Shown here piece after piece: positions 61,341 to 64,000 of a stretch of 64,000 bases of DNA. The stretch covers positions 96,784,001 through 96,848,000 of the forward strand of contig CM059431.1 in assembly GCA_030390025.1 (NCBI GenBank), given 5' to 3'. Source of the stretch: Squalus acanthias. Its lineage: Eukaryota. Both the position numbers and the translations under genes were made by a program. The notes below the pieces were generated by a model. That model saw nothing but the letters and a program-made list of their open reading frames with translations. It did not search any database and was not told where the DNA came from. Position 1 is the first letter of the stretch; each line of letters starts with the position of its first letter.

Positions 61341-63790
61341 ATTTTTAAATCTGTTTTTGGAGGGGTAAAGCTCTTCAGTGGAGCAGTGAACACTGGTACC
61401 TGCTCCACGAGCCTTCCTACCAAATTATTCTTTCACTCAATGCTACTTTTCCACCAAAATTAGAAAAGGCGGGAAAACCAGCACCAAAGGGGTCAGAGGC
61501 CACTAGAAAGGTGGAAAGGAGCAAGTGAACTGAAAGAAATGATGTCTCTGTGTAAGGCTATGAAAGACAATCTTGGTCCTTTTAAAAGGGAGGATACTAA
61601 ATTGCTCCGTAATCCTAGGTGTCATAAAGGGAGAAGCCTTTACACTTACCTCTATCTCAGTAACCTTTTGTTTCTGTGTTTATCTTTAAGGATTGCTAGT
61701 TAGAGGCAGCTTGAACAGAAAGATTTTGTGTCGAATTTGCTCCACTGTGACATGCTGAGGTTCCACCACAGTGAGATCATGAATGGGAATTGTCCGCAGA
61801 TCGTGATTCATGATGTCACAGGAGGAGAAATTCTCCCCAGAATGTCTGCTTCTGTCTCCCTCCAACAGGCAGGTTTACAGCATTAAATACAGCAACAGGA
61901 GGTGACTGAAAGGTACAAATAAGCATGCAGCTTTCAAACATTTGGACTATTAACCAATTTCAGAGACAAACGCCTGGAAATCAGATGGGGTATGCAGGGG
62001 TTGGGGTTGCAGGAGTTGGGGGGTGAAGGGGATGGGGGCTGTGGGTGCAGGAGGTTTGGGGGTGAAGGTAAGGGGGTTGCAGGGGGAGTGGGGGTGCAGC
62101 AGGAGAGGGGGTGCAGGGAGAGGGAGGTGCTGGAGGTGGGGTGCAGGGGGAGGGGGAGGCAGGGGGTAGTGTGCGGGGGTTGAGTACATGGGGTGGGGGT
62201 GCAGGCGTGGAGATTGTAGGGGTGGGGGGGTGCAGGGATGGGGTGTGGAGAGGCTGCATGGGGGGGACCCCCACAAAGCAGAGGTGGGGGTCTGGGGGTG
62301 GGGGGAACATCCTACGCCAATTAATGTGATGGCAGGCAGCATGCAATATCCGTGTAGTGGTTGGGGGGTGCTGGGGTTAGTGGGTGCTGGGGGTGGGGTT
62401 GCAGGGGGTGCTGCACGGGGGTGGGTTGCAGGGCGTCACATCATCCTTCAAAATATCTCCAATAAACGACTCAGATGTATAGGATTAAAATCAAGGTCAC
62501 CAGTTAAAGTATATCTTTGTTGAAATATAACACTAAATCAACAAGTAATTATATCTTGACTCAGTCATATCTATCTAAGTCTCTGCAATGTAAGAAGAGG
62601 CAGAGTTTCCTTGTTAACTTAAGTGTGTAAAACACCAGCTGGGTGAGAGCACTGCACGTTTTATGATGATTACCTGGATTCAGGTGTGGGGGACGGCAGA
62701 GAGATAAATGGATGATTGTGAGGGAGCGAGGGTGGTGAAAACAGTTATCTGTTGAGGCACAGCGTGGTCACACAGAGTTGTCATAAACAGAGTGTAAAGT
62801 TGGGAATTTGGTGAGAGTGTGAATTCGGTGCAGAGGGGAAAGAGGTGCTGCATTTTGCCTCCAATACCTGTAGTAGTTCGTGTTTGTCCAGTGTTTTAGT
62901 GCTTAGTGCAAGTTAGTGTGTAAAAAAACCCGAAAAAGTAGGTATAAATAATCTAGACTAAGATATAACAGCGCAGGTTGTATGTCTGGACTCCAGTCTG
63001 TGGGAGATTATGGAGAGCGAGACTGTCCCGAGCGAACATGTCTGCAATAGATGTCACCATCTCGAATCTCTCCAGCTCAGAGTCATTGAGCAGTCTGGAC
63101 AGTTTGCTCCAGATCTTGGTCACACCTCATCGTGTAATGTTTTTAAATCTGTTTTTGGAGGGGTAAAGCTCTTCAGTGGAGCAGTGAACACTGGTACCTG
63201 CTCCACGAGCCTTCCTACCAAATTATTCATTTCACTCAATGCTACTTTTCCACCAAAATTAGAAAAGGTGGGAAAACCAGCACCAAAGGGGTCAGAGGCC
63301 ACTCGAAAGGTGGAAAGAAGCAAGTGAACTGAAAGAAATGATTTCTCTGTGTAAGGCTATGAAAGACAATCTTGGTCCTTCTACAAGGGAGGATACTGAA
63401 ATGCTCCATAATCCTAGGTGTCATAAAGGGAGAAACCTTTACACTTACCTGTATCTCGGTACCTTGTGTTTCTGTGTTTATCTTTTAGGATTGCTAGTTA
63501 GAGGCAGCTTGATTAGAAAGATTTTGTGTTGAATTTGCTCCACTGTGACATGCTGAGGTTCCACCGCAGTGAGATCATGAATGAAAATTGTCCGCAGATC
63601 GTGATTCATGATGTCACAGGAGGAGAAATTCTCCCCAGAATGTCTGCTTCTGTCTCCCTCCAACGGGCAGGTTTACAGCATTAAATGCAGCAACAGGAGG
63701 TGACTGAAAGGTACATATAAGCATGCAGCTTTCAAGCATTTGGACTATTAGCCAATTTCAGAGACAAACGGCTAGAAATCTAATTGGGTG
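61341..63790. repeat. Dispersed ~650-bp direct duplication (61341-61990 and 63140-63790), each copy followed by a G-rich repeat
   Basis: Both begin tttttaaatctgtttttggagggg and align throughout with scattered substitutions. Confidence 0.95.
62760..63125 (+). mobile_element. CR1 5' end fragment (5' UTR plus ORF1 start)
   Basis: Resembles 49180-49510; SEHVCNRCHHLESLQLRVIE. Confidence 0.7.
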
Positions 63791-64000
63791 TGCAGGGGGA
63801 GTGTGGTTGCAGGGTTTGGGGGGTGCAGGGTTTGGGGGGGTGCAGGGTTTGGGAGTGCAGGGTTTGGGGGGTGCAGGGTTTGGGGGTGCAGGGTTTGGGG
63901 GTGCAGGGTTTTGGGGGTGCAGGGTTTGGGGGTGCAGGGTTTGGGGTGACAGGGTTTGGGGGGTGCAGGGTTTGGGGGGTGCAGGGTTTGGGGGGGTGCA
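63786..64000. repeat. G-rich ~16-18-bp tandem repeat running off the window
   Basis: (g)n tgcagggttt. Confidence 0.95.

Noticed and set aside
63786..64000. Possible telomeric repeat
   Set aside because: Unit is (g)n tgcagggttt, not TTAGGG; a degenerate related tract follows the first duplicate copy at ~61985-62430

Overview
Vertebrate genomic DNA, almost certainly a cartilaginous fish (shark-type CR1/L2 LINEs, Deu-type SINEs, Penelope-like elements, Harbinger remnants). The left 25 kb holds the 3' half of TUBGCP3 (gamma-tubulin complex component 3) on the + strand: 11 coding exons with GT-AG junctions, ending at the stop at 25366. One expected internal exon is absent and probably lies in the 405-N gap. 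Its introns are packed with minisatellites. Facing it tail-to-tail on the - strand is a gene I do not recognise. It has a single uninterrupted ~7.6 kb terminal coding exon (31571-~39174, ~2,500 aa, Ser/His/Thr/Asp-rich, built from a degenerate ~19-aa repeat). Upstream of it I found by hand a chain of six small, phase-compatible exons (39480-56617), one encoding a clear hydrophobic membrane segment. This predicts a ~2,750+ aa single-pass membrane protein with a huge low-complexity tail, at the position mammalian SPACA7 occupies relative to TUBGCP3. The rest is transposon-derived: nested CR1 insertions inside a Harbinger transposase relic, a solo LTR with 5-bp TSD, three MITEs with 3-bp TSDs, and a Penelope-like element whose inverted termini carry minimal hammerhead ribozymes. 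Exon boundaries were read by eye; TE boundaries are approximate.
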